From Octopus vulgaris (lineage: Eukaryota), in contig OX597821.1 in NCBI GenBank assembly GCA_951406725.2, positions 79,484,001 through 79,548,000 of the forward strand: a stretch of 64,000 nt of DNA, read 5' to 3'. Shown piece by piece: positions 28,087 through 42,091 of this stretch (position 1 is its first letter; each line of letters starts with the position of its first letter). Under the pieces are notes generated by a model, which was not told the DNA's origin, did no database searches, and worked only from the letters and a program-made list of their open reading frames with translations. The translations under genes and the position numbers were made by a program.

Positions 28087-28284
28087 TATACATATATACG
28101 ACGGGCTTCTTTCAGTTTCCGCCTATCAAATCCACTCACAAGGCTTTGTTCAGCCCGAGGTTATAGTAGAAGACACTAGTAGAAGACTGAACCCGGAACC
28201 ATGTGGTTCGTAAGCAAGCTACTTACCACACAGCCACTCCTACGCCTATGTAAATTTTCAATTTCTCTTTTTACCACGTCACAG

Positions 28285-28494
28285 GATTCAGTCGAACTGG
28301 AAATCAAGAACCGTGCTAACAGAACACCATTTCTTCAAGCTGTCTCTCAAAGCAATCTCGGAATGATGCATAAGATGATAGCTCGGGGTGCAAATATAAA
28401 TGCTGTTGATGGTGAAGGCAACAGTTGTTTGCACTTCGCTGTGAACAAAGACGCGTTTCATTCCGAGAGTGCACCCAGGGAAATTTTAGATGAG
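28285..28494 (+). CDS. Exon 6, ankyrin: [70 protein letters not shown]
   Basis: CAG acceptor, GTAAGA donor, [14 protein letters not shown] motif, phase 0 to 0. Confidence 0.92.
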
Positions 28495-28538
28495 GTAAGA
28501 TTTAAAACTGTAAATATATATATTTGTGTGTTTGCATG

Positions 28539-28572
<34 letters not shown>

Positions 28573-28766
28573 CATATATAATAGATATACATATATAATA
28601 TATATACATATAATGTATATATATATATATGTATATATATATACATGCATGTATAATATATATATAATGTACATATATATATATATATACACACATACAT
28701 GTATAATATATATATATTAATGTGTATATATATATATATATGTATATATATATACATATATAATAG

Positions 28767-28824
<58 letters not shown>

Positions 28825-28833
28825 TATATTATA

Positions 28834-28875
<42 letters not shown>

Positions 28876-28947
28876 ATATATATAATGTATATATATATAT
28901 AATATATATATATATATACATACATGTATAATATATATATATATATA

Positions 28948-28986
<39 letters not shown>

Positions 28987-28988
<2 letters not shown>

Positions 28989-31900
28989 AGAAAAAAGCAA
29001 CAAGAATGGATTAGTTTTTCAGTACAATTGTTTCATACGAAGAACAGCTTTATTAAAAGCTGCAAATATTGCAGCAAATACAAGTGTTCCGTCCTCATCA
29101 GCCAAAACACATATGAGTTCTCCAAACATCCTAGGGGGTGAGGCTACACTCATGAAGTATCGAAGATAGTTCTATAAAAAGCAAATTTAGATTGTAAGCA
29201 GACTTCCAAAGTTCTCTAATGATGCACAGTCTTATAACAGGTTTTAAAAAAGCTTGTTAGCTTCACAGAAAAGGTAAATCCATCCATAATAATGTAGGTG
29301 TAATTTCCGGAGATATTAGGAGATATTTCATACTCACAGACGATGAATCTATCCATAATTAATCCATAATAAAGTGGGTATAATTTCCTGATATATGATA
29401 AGATACTGGTCACACTTCTATTCATTTCGCTTAAACCGTGTGAACCTAGAATCAACCTCAAGGACCAGGAAAGGAATTTCATGGAAAACCCTTCGGTAAG
29501 GCTTATTTGTCCAACTAATTCATTGACCGGCTTAGTAAATCTATCCTTGATACTGTTCTACCCCAAATAACCCAGTTTCTTCCCTTAAGTCTATGGCTAA
29601 ATACCGATGAGGTATTAAAATGGTTTAACTCCCTAACCAATACTAATAATCTGGCCTTTATTCAGTTCGACATAAATAATTATTACTCTAGTATTTCCCC
29701 TATTTTGCTAAATAAATCACTTATATTTGCTATGAATCGCTCCCTCATATCTAGAGAGGAAATCGACATTGTGCTATTAGCTAGAAAAACATTTATAGAA
29801 TTTGAAGGAAAGTTATGGACTAGAGCAGACACCCCTAATAATTTCGATATACCCATGGGTTCCAGTGATTCAGCTGAGGTGACTAATTTGGTAGGCGCGT
29901 ATCTATTAAAGTGCATAAAAATGGAGATCCCAGAATTACAAGGTGGTCTATATGGGGATGATGCTCTGTTTGTTATCCCTAGTAATAATAAATCTAGCAT
30001 TGAAAGGATTAGAAAGAAAATTAATAGGTTCTTTAAAGATTTCAACCTTAGCAAAACTTATGAACCTGGCACTAAAATAGTCAATTTCCTAGATATTACA
30101 TTAGACCTTAACTCTAAGCTACATTACTCATTTAGAAAGGAAGGTGAAATCACGAGATACGTAAATAAATTATCCAATCATCCCCCAAATATAATTAAAA
30201 CTTTGATTAGAAATATTTCCTTAAGAATCTCTAAATTATCATTCAATAATGATATATTTAACTCTCATTCTGAGCATTATAATGCGGCGTTATCTAAGGC
30301 AGGATACAACCAAAAGATTACCTTTATTGATTAGGAGAGCTTACATATTCCTAATAAAGGAGGTAACAATAACCACGTAAACAACAATATAGACCACGCC
30401 CGAAATAAAAGTAGAAATAGATTTATGGTGACAACAAATCTAATGTACAAGCCTAAGCATACGAATAAAAATATAGACCAGAGTATAGGTAACTCGGATA
30501 AAATCAATTTAGATAAATCAAAGAAGCATACAAATAATAGTAATAAATACAATGACTCTGGTGAGATCAGTAATAATTCAACTAACCCCAATTCTAATTC
30601 AAGGAAATTTAATAAGAAAGATATAATCTGGCTGAATATTCCTTTCAACTGTGCGATTCTATCAGATATACATGGCAGATTCAAAGTAATTCTAGAAAAA
30701 AATTTCCCAACCTCTCATAGATATCATAGAATTATTTCTAAAAAAGCGTTTAGGATTTCTTATTCAACCCTCCCAAATATGTCCACTTTAATAGCTAAGA
30801 TTAATAATAATAACATTAAGCTAGCCAGGAAAAATTTAAATAATACCAACATGAATACCAATAACAATTGTAATAATATTATCAAAAATAAAAATAATAA
30901 CCACAACAATAGTAACTATCAAAACATAGATAGAATCAATAACCATGGAATAACTAATAATAATATTAATATTAATAGGAGCAATAATGTTAATAATACG
31001 AGTAATGCTAATAGAGAAAATACCGGGAATGAAGACAACAATGATATCTATAACAACAATATACATTCGGATACAAATACTAGCAATAATAGTAGCAATA
31101 CCAATAATGTAAGTAATTATGGTAGGACTATCGAACTAAATGATAGTGTAAAAGGATAAAACTGCTTTAGATAACAACATTAACTATAATAACGATAAAT
31201 ATACTCATAATAATCAGAATAGCAAGAATATGGGATATCTATCCTTAAATAATTCTACATCTGAAGATGATCCCCCTAGGTGTAATTGTAGAATTAGGTC
31301 AAAATGCCCGGCACCTGGTCTGTGCGGGGTAAATAACGTAATCTATAAATGTACCATAACTACTGAGAATAGCAAATTTCTTTATTTAGGTTGTACTATA
31401 AATTTTAAAAAAAGAGTTAGCAATCATATCTCCTCTTTTAAGTTACGTGATAAAGCTGGTAGCACCGCACTTTCAAGTAAGATCTGGGAACTCAAAAATA
31501 ATAATATTAAATATAACCTTAATTGGGAAATAGTTAGAAGAGCGATGCCTTATAGAAATAACAGGGTTGGTTGCCAACTCTGCTCCATGGAGACATATGA
31601 AATTCTAATGCATAGAAAAAATAGGAATTTGTTAAATAACCGCATAGAATTGGGTCTTCTTGTATTCACGCAAAAATTAAGACTCTAAAATATTTTAAAT
31701 AAAAATCATATAGAATAATCGTATGGAGCTAGGTCTATCTTGCTTTTACTAATAAAACAAAACTCTAAGATATTTTAAATAGATAGCTGCGAGCTCTTAC
31801 ACTGTGGTTATTTCTTTCTTTCTAACTGTACCTGATTTGGAACATAAAGAAATAAATAGTATTTGTACGTTGCCAAAAATTTTAATTGACTATATAGTTA

Positions 31901-32990
31901 ATTTAATTTAATCTAATTTTAATCTAATCTAGGTAACCCAACTTAAATCAAATAAATTACTAATACTTCATAATTCTATTATAAAATTAAATAAGTAATG
32001 CTACTCCCTTAAAAATAGTATAAGGAATTTTCACTATGATAAGCAATACTCTCACACCTTTTAACTGATCTCTAGGTATAGAGCTAAAGTCTGTCATTGT
32101 ATAAATAGTAACAATGATAAATAAATAAATAAATAAAATGACCTCCTTTCTAGTATTGCACTTAAATCTCTTAATGTATTTTCCTCTAGTGATAGCCTTT
32201 GACCCATTTATTACTTTCCCTTGTTCTCTTTATATTTTTATATCTGCTTTAGCTCTGTTGGATTGGCAATTAACAACTGTATACTGGTCAAAAGTAATGT
32301 TCTCCTTTATAAATCTCAGATTCCTGCAAATCTAAACCAGAAATAGACTATTCTGTGTAGGTGGGTACTTACAACCCTTTTCCTCTCAGTTACCCCATAA
32401 TGCCCTATGTGGGCGGTTTTTTCTATGATCCACTAAATTCGTTCAGCCATTATAATTCTAACCTAGTAGTTTTGTGAAATGAACAGAAGTATGACCAGTA
32501 TCTTATCATATATCAGGAAATTATACCCACTTTATTATGGATTAATTATGGATAGATTCATCGTCTGTGAGTATGAAATATCTCCTAATATCTCCGGAAA
32601 TTACACCTACATTATTATGGATGGATTTACCTTTTCTGGGAAGCTAACAAGCTTTTTAAAACCTGTTATAAGACTGTGCATCATTAGAGAACTTTGGAAG
32701 TCTGCTTACAATCTAAATTTGCTTTTTATAGAACTATCTTCGATACTTCATGAGTGTAGCCTCACCCCCTAGGATGTTTGGAGAACTCATATGTGTTTTG
32801 GCTGATGAGGACGGAACACTTGTATTTGCTGCAATATTTGCAGCTTTTAATAAAGCTGTTCTTCGTATGAAACAATTGTACTGAAAAACTAATCCATTCT
32901 TGTTGCTTTTTTCTTGTTTATAATCACCCCACATTATTTTATGGTTAATACCATATAGATATCTGGTGCATCTAAGTTAAGTACCGCATT
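28987..32990 (+). mobile_element. Penelope-like element with RT and GIY-YIG remnants and ~440-bp inverted pseudo-LTRs (28987-29428 / 32476-32917)
   Basis: FDIPMGSSDSAEV..LVG, GLYGDD, NFLDITLDL, CNCR...CP..G.C and IYKC...YLGCT..FKKR..NH, interrupted by stops; the arms are near-perfect reverse complements. Confidence 0.9.
32795..32888 (+). ncRNA. Hammerhead in the PLE pseudo-LTR; inverted copy at ~29015-29108
   Basis: ttttgg-CTGATGA-(long stem II)-GAAA-caattg-TA-ctgaaaa; stem I relies on G-U pairs. Confidence 0.7.
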
Positions 32991-33034
32991 CATGTGAATT
33001 CAATAGAACTCACTTGAATCTTAATTGCTTTTAC

Positions 33035-33103
<69 letters not shown>

Positions 33104-33221
33104 GTGTCTATATATGTGTGTGGGAGAGTGCTTGTGTGTATGTGTGTGTGAGAGAGAGAGAGAAACAGACACACATTGCTTGTCATTTCTCAGTTCACAC
33201 CTAACAAACCCCTCCTCCTCT

Positions 33222-34105
33222 GTGGAGGCGCGTGGCTTAGTGGTTAGGGTGTCAGCATCCTGATCGTAAGATTGTGGTTTCGATTCCTGGAGCGGCGACA
33301 AGTTGTGTTCTTGAGCAAAATACTTCCTTTCACGTTGCTCCAGCTGACAAAAATGAGTAACACTGCGATGGACTGGCGTCCCATCCAGCTGGGGAACACA
33401 TACGCAATTGAAACCGGGAAACCGAGCCCATGAGCCTGGCTAGACTTTAAAAAGGGCACATTTATTTTAGTGCAGGCACATGGTCTAGTGGTTAGAGAAG
33501 CGGAATCGCGGTCGAGGGATCGCGGGCTCGAATCTCAGACCGGGCGATGTGTGTGTTTATGATCGAAACACCTAAGCTCCACGTGGCTCCGGCAGAAGGT
33601 AATGGCGAACTTCTGCTAACTCTTTCGCCACAACTTTCTCTCACTCTTTCCTCCTGCATCTTGCAGCTTACCCGCGACGGACCGGCGTCCCGTCCAGGTG
33701 GGGAACCTATACGCCGAGGAAACTGGGAAACTGGCCCTTATGAGCCAAGCACGGCTCGAGAAGGAGCAAACAACAACATAGTATGAATTATCAAACAATG
33801 AAAACAAAATACGATAAAGGCATATAATTTCAGTTTTAAGAATATTCACCTTAGAAATACTGTGACTTCAAAATAACAATACACAGACACCTCAAATGTA
33901 ACTAGTGGAGGCACATGACCGGCTCCGGCAGAAGGTGATGCTGAACTTCTGCTGACTCTCTCACCACAACTTTCTTTCACTCTTTCCTCCTGCATCTTGC
34001 AGCTCACTTGAGACTGACCGGCGTCCTGTCCAGGTGGGGGAACCTATACGCCAAGGAAACCGAGAAACCGGCCCTTTTGAGCCAGGCATGGCTCAAGAAG
34101 GAACA
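33222..34105 (+). mobile_element. Cluster of tRNA-derived SINEs (family C and relatives); also 23128-23435 and 44530-44845
   Basis: ggaggcgc(a/g)tggc.tagtggttag A box, ttcgaatc/ttcgattcc B box, gactggcgtcccatccag segment. Confidence 0.8.
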
Positions 34106-34154
<49 letters not shown>

Positions 34155-34159
<5 letters not shown>

Positions 34160-34640
34160 AATATTAGGGAATAAATCCAAATTTACAGAGAAAAATCAGA
34201 TTTAGGATTGAATCCAATTTTATAGTAAAATATTATATTATATTAAATTAGAGACAAAACCACTATTATGCAAATCAAACAAAGAAAGACTTAAGCCAAT
34301 ACATAAATTAATTTATATAAATTTAGAAATTTAACAATTATAAATAACCACTACGATCGTTTCATTCTTATTTCAGCACATCTTTGAGACATTCTTCAGG
34401 TGGTTTCAAAACCTTCTTGACGAGTTTTAAACTATGAACTAGTTTTAAAACTCGTCAAGAAGGTTTTGAAACCACCTGAAGAATGTCTCAAAGATGTGCT
34501 GAAATAAGACATGAAACGATCGTAGTGGTTATTTATAATTGTTAAATTTCTAAATTTATATAAATTAATTTATGTATTGGCTTAAGTCTTTCTTTGTTTG
34601 ATTTTTAGTGGTTTTGTCTCTAATTTAATATAATATATAT
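34155..34640. mobile_element. Fold-back PLE remnant (arms ~34230-34430 / 34443-34635)
   Basis: Near-perfect palindrome within (TA)n, with a hammerhead in each arm. Confidence 0.8.
34470..34530 (+). ncRNA. Minimal type I hammerhead ribozyme (PLE type); inverted copy at 34346-34405
   Basis: aaccac-CTGAAGA-atgtct..agacat-GAAA-cgatcg-TA-gtggtt: stems I and II pair, stem III is palindromic. Confidence 0.85.
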
Positions 34641-34667
34641 ATATAATATATATTATATATATATCTA

Positions 34668-34704
<37 letters not shown>

Positions 34705-34911
34705 TATGCCCACTAGGCCGCCTTTATCTGGTCAATTGTATAGACAGGTTTTTGTTGGTTTGTTCTTCTTATATTTGATTTGATGCTGTGATTATTGTAT
34801 ATTGTTTTTCTATTAAATATATTGTGTTATTTGTGGTCGACAAATAAATATTTACTCATTAAGTATCAATAAAGTTGATGTTAATCAATAAGATTTGTTC
34901 TGCTCAATATA

Positions 34912-35212
34912 TCTTTATATATAACACTGAAGTTGTGTGAGAGTCTGTCTACTCCGATTTAGATTCCTAACTACTCCCACATTTTGCGGTGCAGTTTAAC
35001 CAAATGCGGGTATCTTATAGTCGTCATTCATATCGAGCCCTTCTGGGTATTAGCGTGCGTCTACGATGAGTCTACGATTTTAAAAAAATTACCATCATTT
35101 TTCCGCATTTTTAATGATTTTTGCTCGGGTTATATAAGGGAGGTAACTCTCTAAAAATGCTTATATAGTTATTTCCCTTACAAACCCGAGCAACGTCGGG
35201 CGATACTGCTAG
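34912..35212 (+). mobile_element. Non-autonomous Helitron-like element (~300 bp); other copies at 5090-5391(-), 5419-5620(-), 37822-38124(+), 57898-58201(-), 58846-59149(-)
   Basis: 5' TC, 3' hairpin cccgagcaacg(c/t)cggg followed by CTAG, inserted between A and T, no TSD. Confidence 0.8.
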
Positions 35213-35440
35213 TTGACAATATATTTAAAAGATGTCTTAATACTGAAGATAAAATAAAAACAAATGGAAATGGGAAATGGACTCAATTAGAGATGATGTA
35301 AGAACTCAATATTTTGTACACGGTTTAATTACTGGATAAACAAGCTAAGAGTAGATTTAGCCGAACTGTTCTGTAATTTGAGGCACCTCAAATGCGCATT
35401 TGTGTAATATTTTTATCGTTATATATTTCCTCATTTGTAG

Positions 35441-35616
35441 TGCTGCACGGAGCTGAACCTGAAAAAGGAAGAATGGTACTCTGGCGTAGTGGTTGCTAGA
35501 TATCTAGCCAACCACGGAGCCGACCTTTACCATAAAAATAACAACAATAACACACCATTGGACCTCATTAAGGACCCAAATTTGAAACAAAGATGGCAAA
35601 CCTTTTCACCACCACA
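35441..35616 (+). CDS. Exon 7, last ankyrin: CCTELNLKKEEWYSGVVVARYLANHGADLYHKNNNNNTPLDLIKDPNLKQRWQTFSPP
   Basis: TAG acceptor, GTAAGT donor, phase 0 to 2. Not in the ORF track. Resembles, from memory, the MIB1 terminal ankyrin [30 protein letters not shown]. Confidence 0.9.
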
Positions 35617-36071
35617 GTAAGTAATTCCTGGCAATGACAAGATAAACCAGTACATTTTCTGTTTTGTAGATAATCATCGTTATATGTTTGTTTAGTTTTA
35701 ATTTCACAAATACATTATACTGTTGTCTTTTATTTTTATCAAAGGCCACACAATAAACAACATGCAGTTGTTAGGTAATCCAAGAAAGAACACGATTTCG
35801 ATTACATGCCCATGATCGGTTCTAGTGACAGATGTACCTCGCTCTCTATTACCCATCTACCTGTCTCAATTCCCTGTTTTAAAGATTTGTGACCAATAAG
35901 AAAATGTAGAACTAAATAGTGAACTGAATGAATACATTTTGAAATTGTTACTTAGAAATAAATGGACTTTATCTGTCTACCAACCTAGTTTTCTCGTTCT
36001 TCTATGTCCGATTCAGTCATTATTATGAAAGATTTCATAAGAAAAAAAACTAGAAACACACACTAAAAGTG

Positions 36072-36110
<39 letters not shown>

Positions 36111-38550
36111 TTTACTTGTTTCAGTCACGTGACTGTGGCCATGCTGGAGCACCGCCTTTAGTCGAGCAAATCGACCCCAGTGTTTCTACAGCTGTATGCC
36201 CTTCCTAACTCCAGCCACTCCGAGAGTGTAATGGGTGATTTTACGTGCCACCAGCACGGGTGCCAATTGCGTGACAGAAGTATCCGCCCCGACTTCGATT
36301 TCACTTGTCTTGATGGATCTTCTTCTCAAGCGCAACATATTGCCAAAGGCCTCGGTCGTATGTCTTTGTCACGGTGAGGCCCAACGCTTTTTACGTGCCA
36401 CCGACACAGGTGCCTGTTTCGCGATACCGGCATCGGACACATTACCTCGGTCAGGTCCGACGCTGGATGGGTCCTTTTATGTGCCACCAACAGGGATAGC
36501 AGATGCCTCTGTGATGTCCAACGCTCGAAAGATGTTTTTTTACGTGCCAGTTATGCAACACCGGCATCAGTAACTTTACCTCTGTGAGGCCCAGCGCTCA
36601 ACAGGTGCTTTCTACGTGAGACTGGCACGGATGCCAGGTATGTGACACTAGCAACAACTAGATTGCGCTCCGTGAGGCCCAATGCTTGAAAGATGCTTTT
36701 TACGTGCCACCAGTCTGTGCGCTAAGTATGTCACACTGGCATACGATATCCCTTAGCTTCAAGGGTCTTCTCGAGCACAGCATATCTCCAAAGGTCTCAG
36801 TCACGGGTCATTGCCTCCGTAAGGTCCAACATTCGAAGATCATGCTTCATCACCTCATTTCATGTCTTCCTGGTCTGCTACCACAACAGCTCCTTTATAG
36901 GATCCAGATAGCTCAAGACATCATCAGGAGGAACCACGTCCGGTTTCGGCCCCTACTCCTCTACCGTTTTGACGTGGCGGCCCCACCTTTCGGAGGTATC
37001 TTCAGCTCTGGTGTTGAGTGCACGTCTTCTTTCTTCTTCTTTCTGTTCCCTGCCCTCTTCGATGTATCGTCAGCGAGTGTCAGCGGGTGACTGACTTGTC
37101 AAATTTTCCCCTTTAAATACCTGCTGCAAGGCTCCAGCAGGTCCCCCCACACACACACACACACGCACACAGTTAAAGATCGGCACTTCTTTACACAGCT
37201 CTCTTCGTCCATATAACAATAGAAGCGCAGTTGTCTATCTTGCACACCACATCTGATGTCCCTTATGACCAACTTTTTCTCAAGACGCTTACACTTTGTC
37301 GTACATACACACTGACACTGTACATCCAGCGAAGCATATTAGCTTCATTTCTTTCAAGCCTACGCACGTCCTCAATAGTCACAGCCCAAGTTTCACTGCC
37401 ATGTAGAACAATGGTTCGCACACAGAGACCTTTTGTTGCTAACAGAGGTAGGAGTGCTCTGAACTATTCCCGTGCATTTAAAAACAAAAATTTGTTTCTG
37501 GATTGAAAACTGTCAAGAGGAACTAAATGTTACATAATCTTTGACAATCAAGTGTATTGCCTGCCATAATTAGGATGGCATGAGGAAGTTAGTTATGTCT
37601 ATTATCCAAGCTAACTAATGTGTAGCAAAGAGCTAAAGCCATTATAATAATGTTACGTTTTTTCTATAAAAGAGGCAATTTATAAAAAATTGCAGCAGAA
37701 CTGTCAGATAAGCACACATGAACTTACTACTGCCAACCTTCAATAAGGAAGACCAGAATCTAATATTGCTATTATTGAAAATATAACTTGAATTATTTAA
37801 TATGAATATTAAATACCTAAATCTTTATATATAAAAGTGAAGTTGTGTGAGTGTCTGTCTCCTACGGTTTAGATTCCTAACTACTCCCACATTTTGCGGT
37901 GCAGTTTAACCAAAAGCAGGTATCTTATAGTCGTCATTTATATCGAGCCCTTCTAGGTATTAGCGCGCGTCTACGATGAGTCTACGATTTAAAAAAAAAT
38001 TTACCATCACTTTTTCCCATTTTTAATGCATTATTTTGCTATTATATAAGGGAAGTAACTCTCTAAAAATGCTTATATAGTTATTTCCCTTACAAACCCG
38101 AGCAACGCCGGGCGATACTGCTAGTAATGAATAAGAATGAATATATCAATACTCACATTATTGAAGTATAAATATAAACTGAAAAAAATACACATATTTC
38201 CTTTCTTGAAATACTGTAATTATTATACATGTAGGCACAGGCATGGTTATGTGCTATGAAGTTTGCTTCCCACATGGTCTCAGTTTCAATCCCACCGCAT
38301 GACTGCATGGCACTTTAGCCCTGGGCCTACCAAAGCCTTGTGAGTGGATTCAGTAGAAAGAAACTGAAAGAAAGAAGCCTGTTATATATACATATACATA
38401 CGCGTATGTGTGCGAGTGTGTGTGTGTATGTGTGTGTGCATTACTGCTTCCTTGCCTTAATTTCATGTTATAGTTTTTAATGAGTGTCACTGTCATGCAA
38501 GCGGTGTACTTCATTTCCAGTCATGGAGAATATTACCTTACTTGGAGACA

Positions 38551-38646
38551 GGGTTAGGGTTAGGGTTAGGGTTAGGGTTAGGGCTAGGGTTAGGGTTCGG
38601 GTTAGGGTTAGGGTTAAGGTTAGGGTTAGGGTTAGAGTTAGGGTTA
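38551..38646 (+). repeat. Interstitial telomere-like (TTAGGG)16 with variants
   Basis: Read directly; embedded in a degenerate SINE-like element at ~38230-38680. Confidence 0.95.
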
Positions 38647-39084
38647 TGGTTGGCAATAGGAAGGGCATCCAGCTTTTGAAAATCCATCTAGAGGAGGGTG
38701 TATTGTCCTTGTTTAGTTTGCAGTCGATTTTCCATCGTTGCCCATATTTTGATTCAATATCCTCAGACCAACATGCATCCGTCTTCCATGTGTTGGTGAG
38801 TCCTGATTTAAGGGAGCTACAATGCATGACTTCAGGTGCACATCAGGTGCCGTAGCAGGATAAATTCAATAAGCAAGTTCATTTTCCCACTTAGCCTTAT
38901 CAGAGGCTAAACAGTGTGCACATACCTCAGAAGAAACTTAACAAGACTGGGTTTGATGCGTAGAACATTTTTAGAGGAAATCTTTTGAAGCGGACAAGTT
39001 GCCAGAAAATCGTCGTAGATCAATGATTCCTTCCGAAGCACTAATTAAAATTATATCAGGTGTGGCAAATTCAGTAGCTTTCTA

Positions 39085-39515
39085 TCATCATCATCATTGT
39101 TCGGCCGTGGTCGAGACAATGGAATTTACCATGCTACGCCAGACCTCACGGTCCATCATGACATTACGGAGGTCCTGTTGCTGGATGCCTGTATCCCTGG
39201 AGATTACATCAGGGTAGGAGAGTGTGCGCCCTCTGGTATTGCGAGTAGATGGCTTCCAGAGGAGAAGAGTAGAAATTACCTCTTTTTCAGCTCTACAACA
39301 ATGTCCAGCAAACTGGACTCTCCTACCTTTCACAAGAGATGACACAGGTGGTAGTTTCCCATATATTTGCATTTTGGTTGGCTGGCGCTTCCACGAGAGA
39401 TTTTGAGCTCTCATAAGGAGGCGAGTGTAGGTTCCATTCAACCGCCTCTCAAGCTTCTTTGATAACGTCCAGGTTTCTGAGCCATATAGTAGAATTGGTT
39501 CGACTGTCGCTTTGA
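39085..39515 (-). mobile_element. RTE/RTEX-type LINE 3' end with (TGA)n tail
   Basis: YTRLLMRAQNLSW, RRVQFAGHC.R, M.DREVWR; tail tcatcatcatca. Confidence 0.8.
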
Positions 39516-39865
39516 CTGTAGCTTTCTAAATGTCCCTGGATTCAGCAGTAACTAGGGGAAGATTTGCAATAGGCTTTTTGATATGATCCTTCATTTTGCA
39601 GTTCTGGAAGGACTTTTGGTTTTCATATCCTTTACATCAAATTTCCCTTCGCATGACCATATGTTTTTCGAGAGCAATCATAACTCACATGCGTCAGGCA
39701 CTGAATGACCCAATTTGGTAGTTGAACTGTTTCCGACCGTCCTTCAGTCATAGAAACATTATGTACCTTTTCTGGGTCTGGGATCACCAGAAGGTTAATA
39801 ATGCAGTGTTCACAGATGGAATCGTGACATTTATTATATTCAAAAGATTTTTCAGTTTTTGTGTG

Positions 39866-39897
<32 letters not shown>

Positions 39898-40204
39898 TGT
39901 ATGTATGTATGTATGTATGTATGTATGTATGTATATATGTATATGTATGTAAGTATGTATGTATGTATGAATGTATGTATGTAAGTATGTAAGTATGTAA
40001 GTATGTATGTATATATGTATATATGAATGCATATGTATGTAAGTATGTATGTATGTATATATAAGTATGTATGTATATATAAGTATGTATGTATGTATGT
40101 GTAAGTGTATGAATGTATATGTATGTATGTATGTATGTATGTGTGTATGTATGTATGTATGTATGAATGTATATGTATGTATGTATATATGTATGTATGA
40201 ATGC

Positions 40205-40235
<31 letters not shown>

Positions 40236-40367
40236 TGTATGTGTAAGTATGTATGTATGTGTAAGTATGTATGAATGTATATGTGTGTATATGTGTATGT
40301 ATGTATGTGTGTATGTATGTATGTATGTATGTATGTATATGTATGTATGTATGCATGAATGTATGTA
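39866..40367. repeat. (TATG)n microsatellite; another at 44110-44395 and (AGAT)n at 40626-40693
   Basis: Read directly from the sequence. Confidence 0.95.
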
Positions 40368-40500
40368 TCGTATATAATTCTCAGGGTATTTTTCTACGTT
40401 AGAAAAGTGATTTGTTTTATTAAATACTGCACCCATACTTTAAGCCATTACTATTGTCTACTTTCGTCCATCCATGCAATTCAAAACCAAATGTACACAG

Positions 40501-40569
<69 letters not shown>

Positions 40570-40624
40570 CGTATAATTATACACTCACATATATATATAT
40601 ATATATATATGTTTATACACACAC

Positions 40625-40695
<71 letters not shown>

Positions 40696-40903
40696 CTCTT
40701 TTACTCTTTTACTTGTTTCAGTCATTTGACTGCGGCCATGCTGGAGCACCGCCTTTAGTCGAACAAATCGACCCCGGGACTTATTCTTTGTAAGCCCAGT
40801 ACTTATTCTATCGGTCTCTTTTGCCGAACCGCTAAGTGACGGGGACGTAAACACACCAGCATCGGTTATCAAACAATGCTAGGGGACAAACACAGACACA
40901 CAA

Positions 40904-40941
<38 letters not shown>

Positions 40942-41420
40942 AACAGGCTTCTTTCAGTTTCCGTCTACCAAATCCACTCACAAGTCTTTGGTCGGCTCGG
41001 GGCTATAGCAGAAGACACTTGCCCAAGATGCCACGCAGTGGGACTGAACCCGGAACCATGTGGTTGGTAGATAAGCTACGTATCACACAGCCACTCATGC
41101 GCCTACAGCAGGGAATATTATGAAACATAAAGGAGCACACCAGGAAGTCTTCTTTAAACAATTACATACAGGCCAAATTTGTGTGGTGATAAATGACACA
41201 CATACACACACACAAACTCTCACACATTCACACACTTTCACACACATGCATACACAGATTCACACACTCATGCATACGCACATTTACATAAATTGATGAA
41301 TGCATGTCTTGACGCTGATGCATCACAAAAATTAGTTGACACGCTGTGGACTACATATATTCCAGAAATATAATTTATTCTGAACAATTCTATGTACACA
41401 GGTTTCTTTATATGTGTATG

Positions 41421-41506
<86 letters not shown>

Positions 41507-42042
41507 GTTTAAATATTTGTTGTGCAAGATTTTTTATGTGAAGTCGTGTGTTGAAACAGATATTGTTATATTTCGGAACGGTCATATTGCCAGTTTAGCC
41601 AATAAAAACACACGCACTATATATTTGGTGTTATTTTGCTTCAGTGATATTTATTTTTTACATTAATCTTAATCTTATTTCGGCCAAAGTTCTTTCGTCA
41701 CACTCCTGTGACCGCATCAGTGGTCCTTTGTTTTCTTCTCACTTATTTGTGTCTCTCCTTACTAACCGTCAGCCATTTTGTATTTCTATTGTATGTCTTC
41801 ATTTGCGCATGCTTATATCTCTATGTGCGTCTATGTTTATTTAGTGTGTGTGTGGGGGGGATGCCTGTAATATTTGTATCTTCTGTTTATATACATTCTT
41901 GTAATTTGTATTTTGTTTTTGCTGTTGTTGCTTTTGTTCTAATTTTGTTCATGTGTTTACATCCACCCATTATTATCATTACATATGCTTGTATGTATGT
42001 ATAACAACAATATTAGTAATAATAATAATAAATCTAATCGAA

Positions 42043-42091
<49 letters not shown>

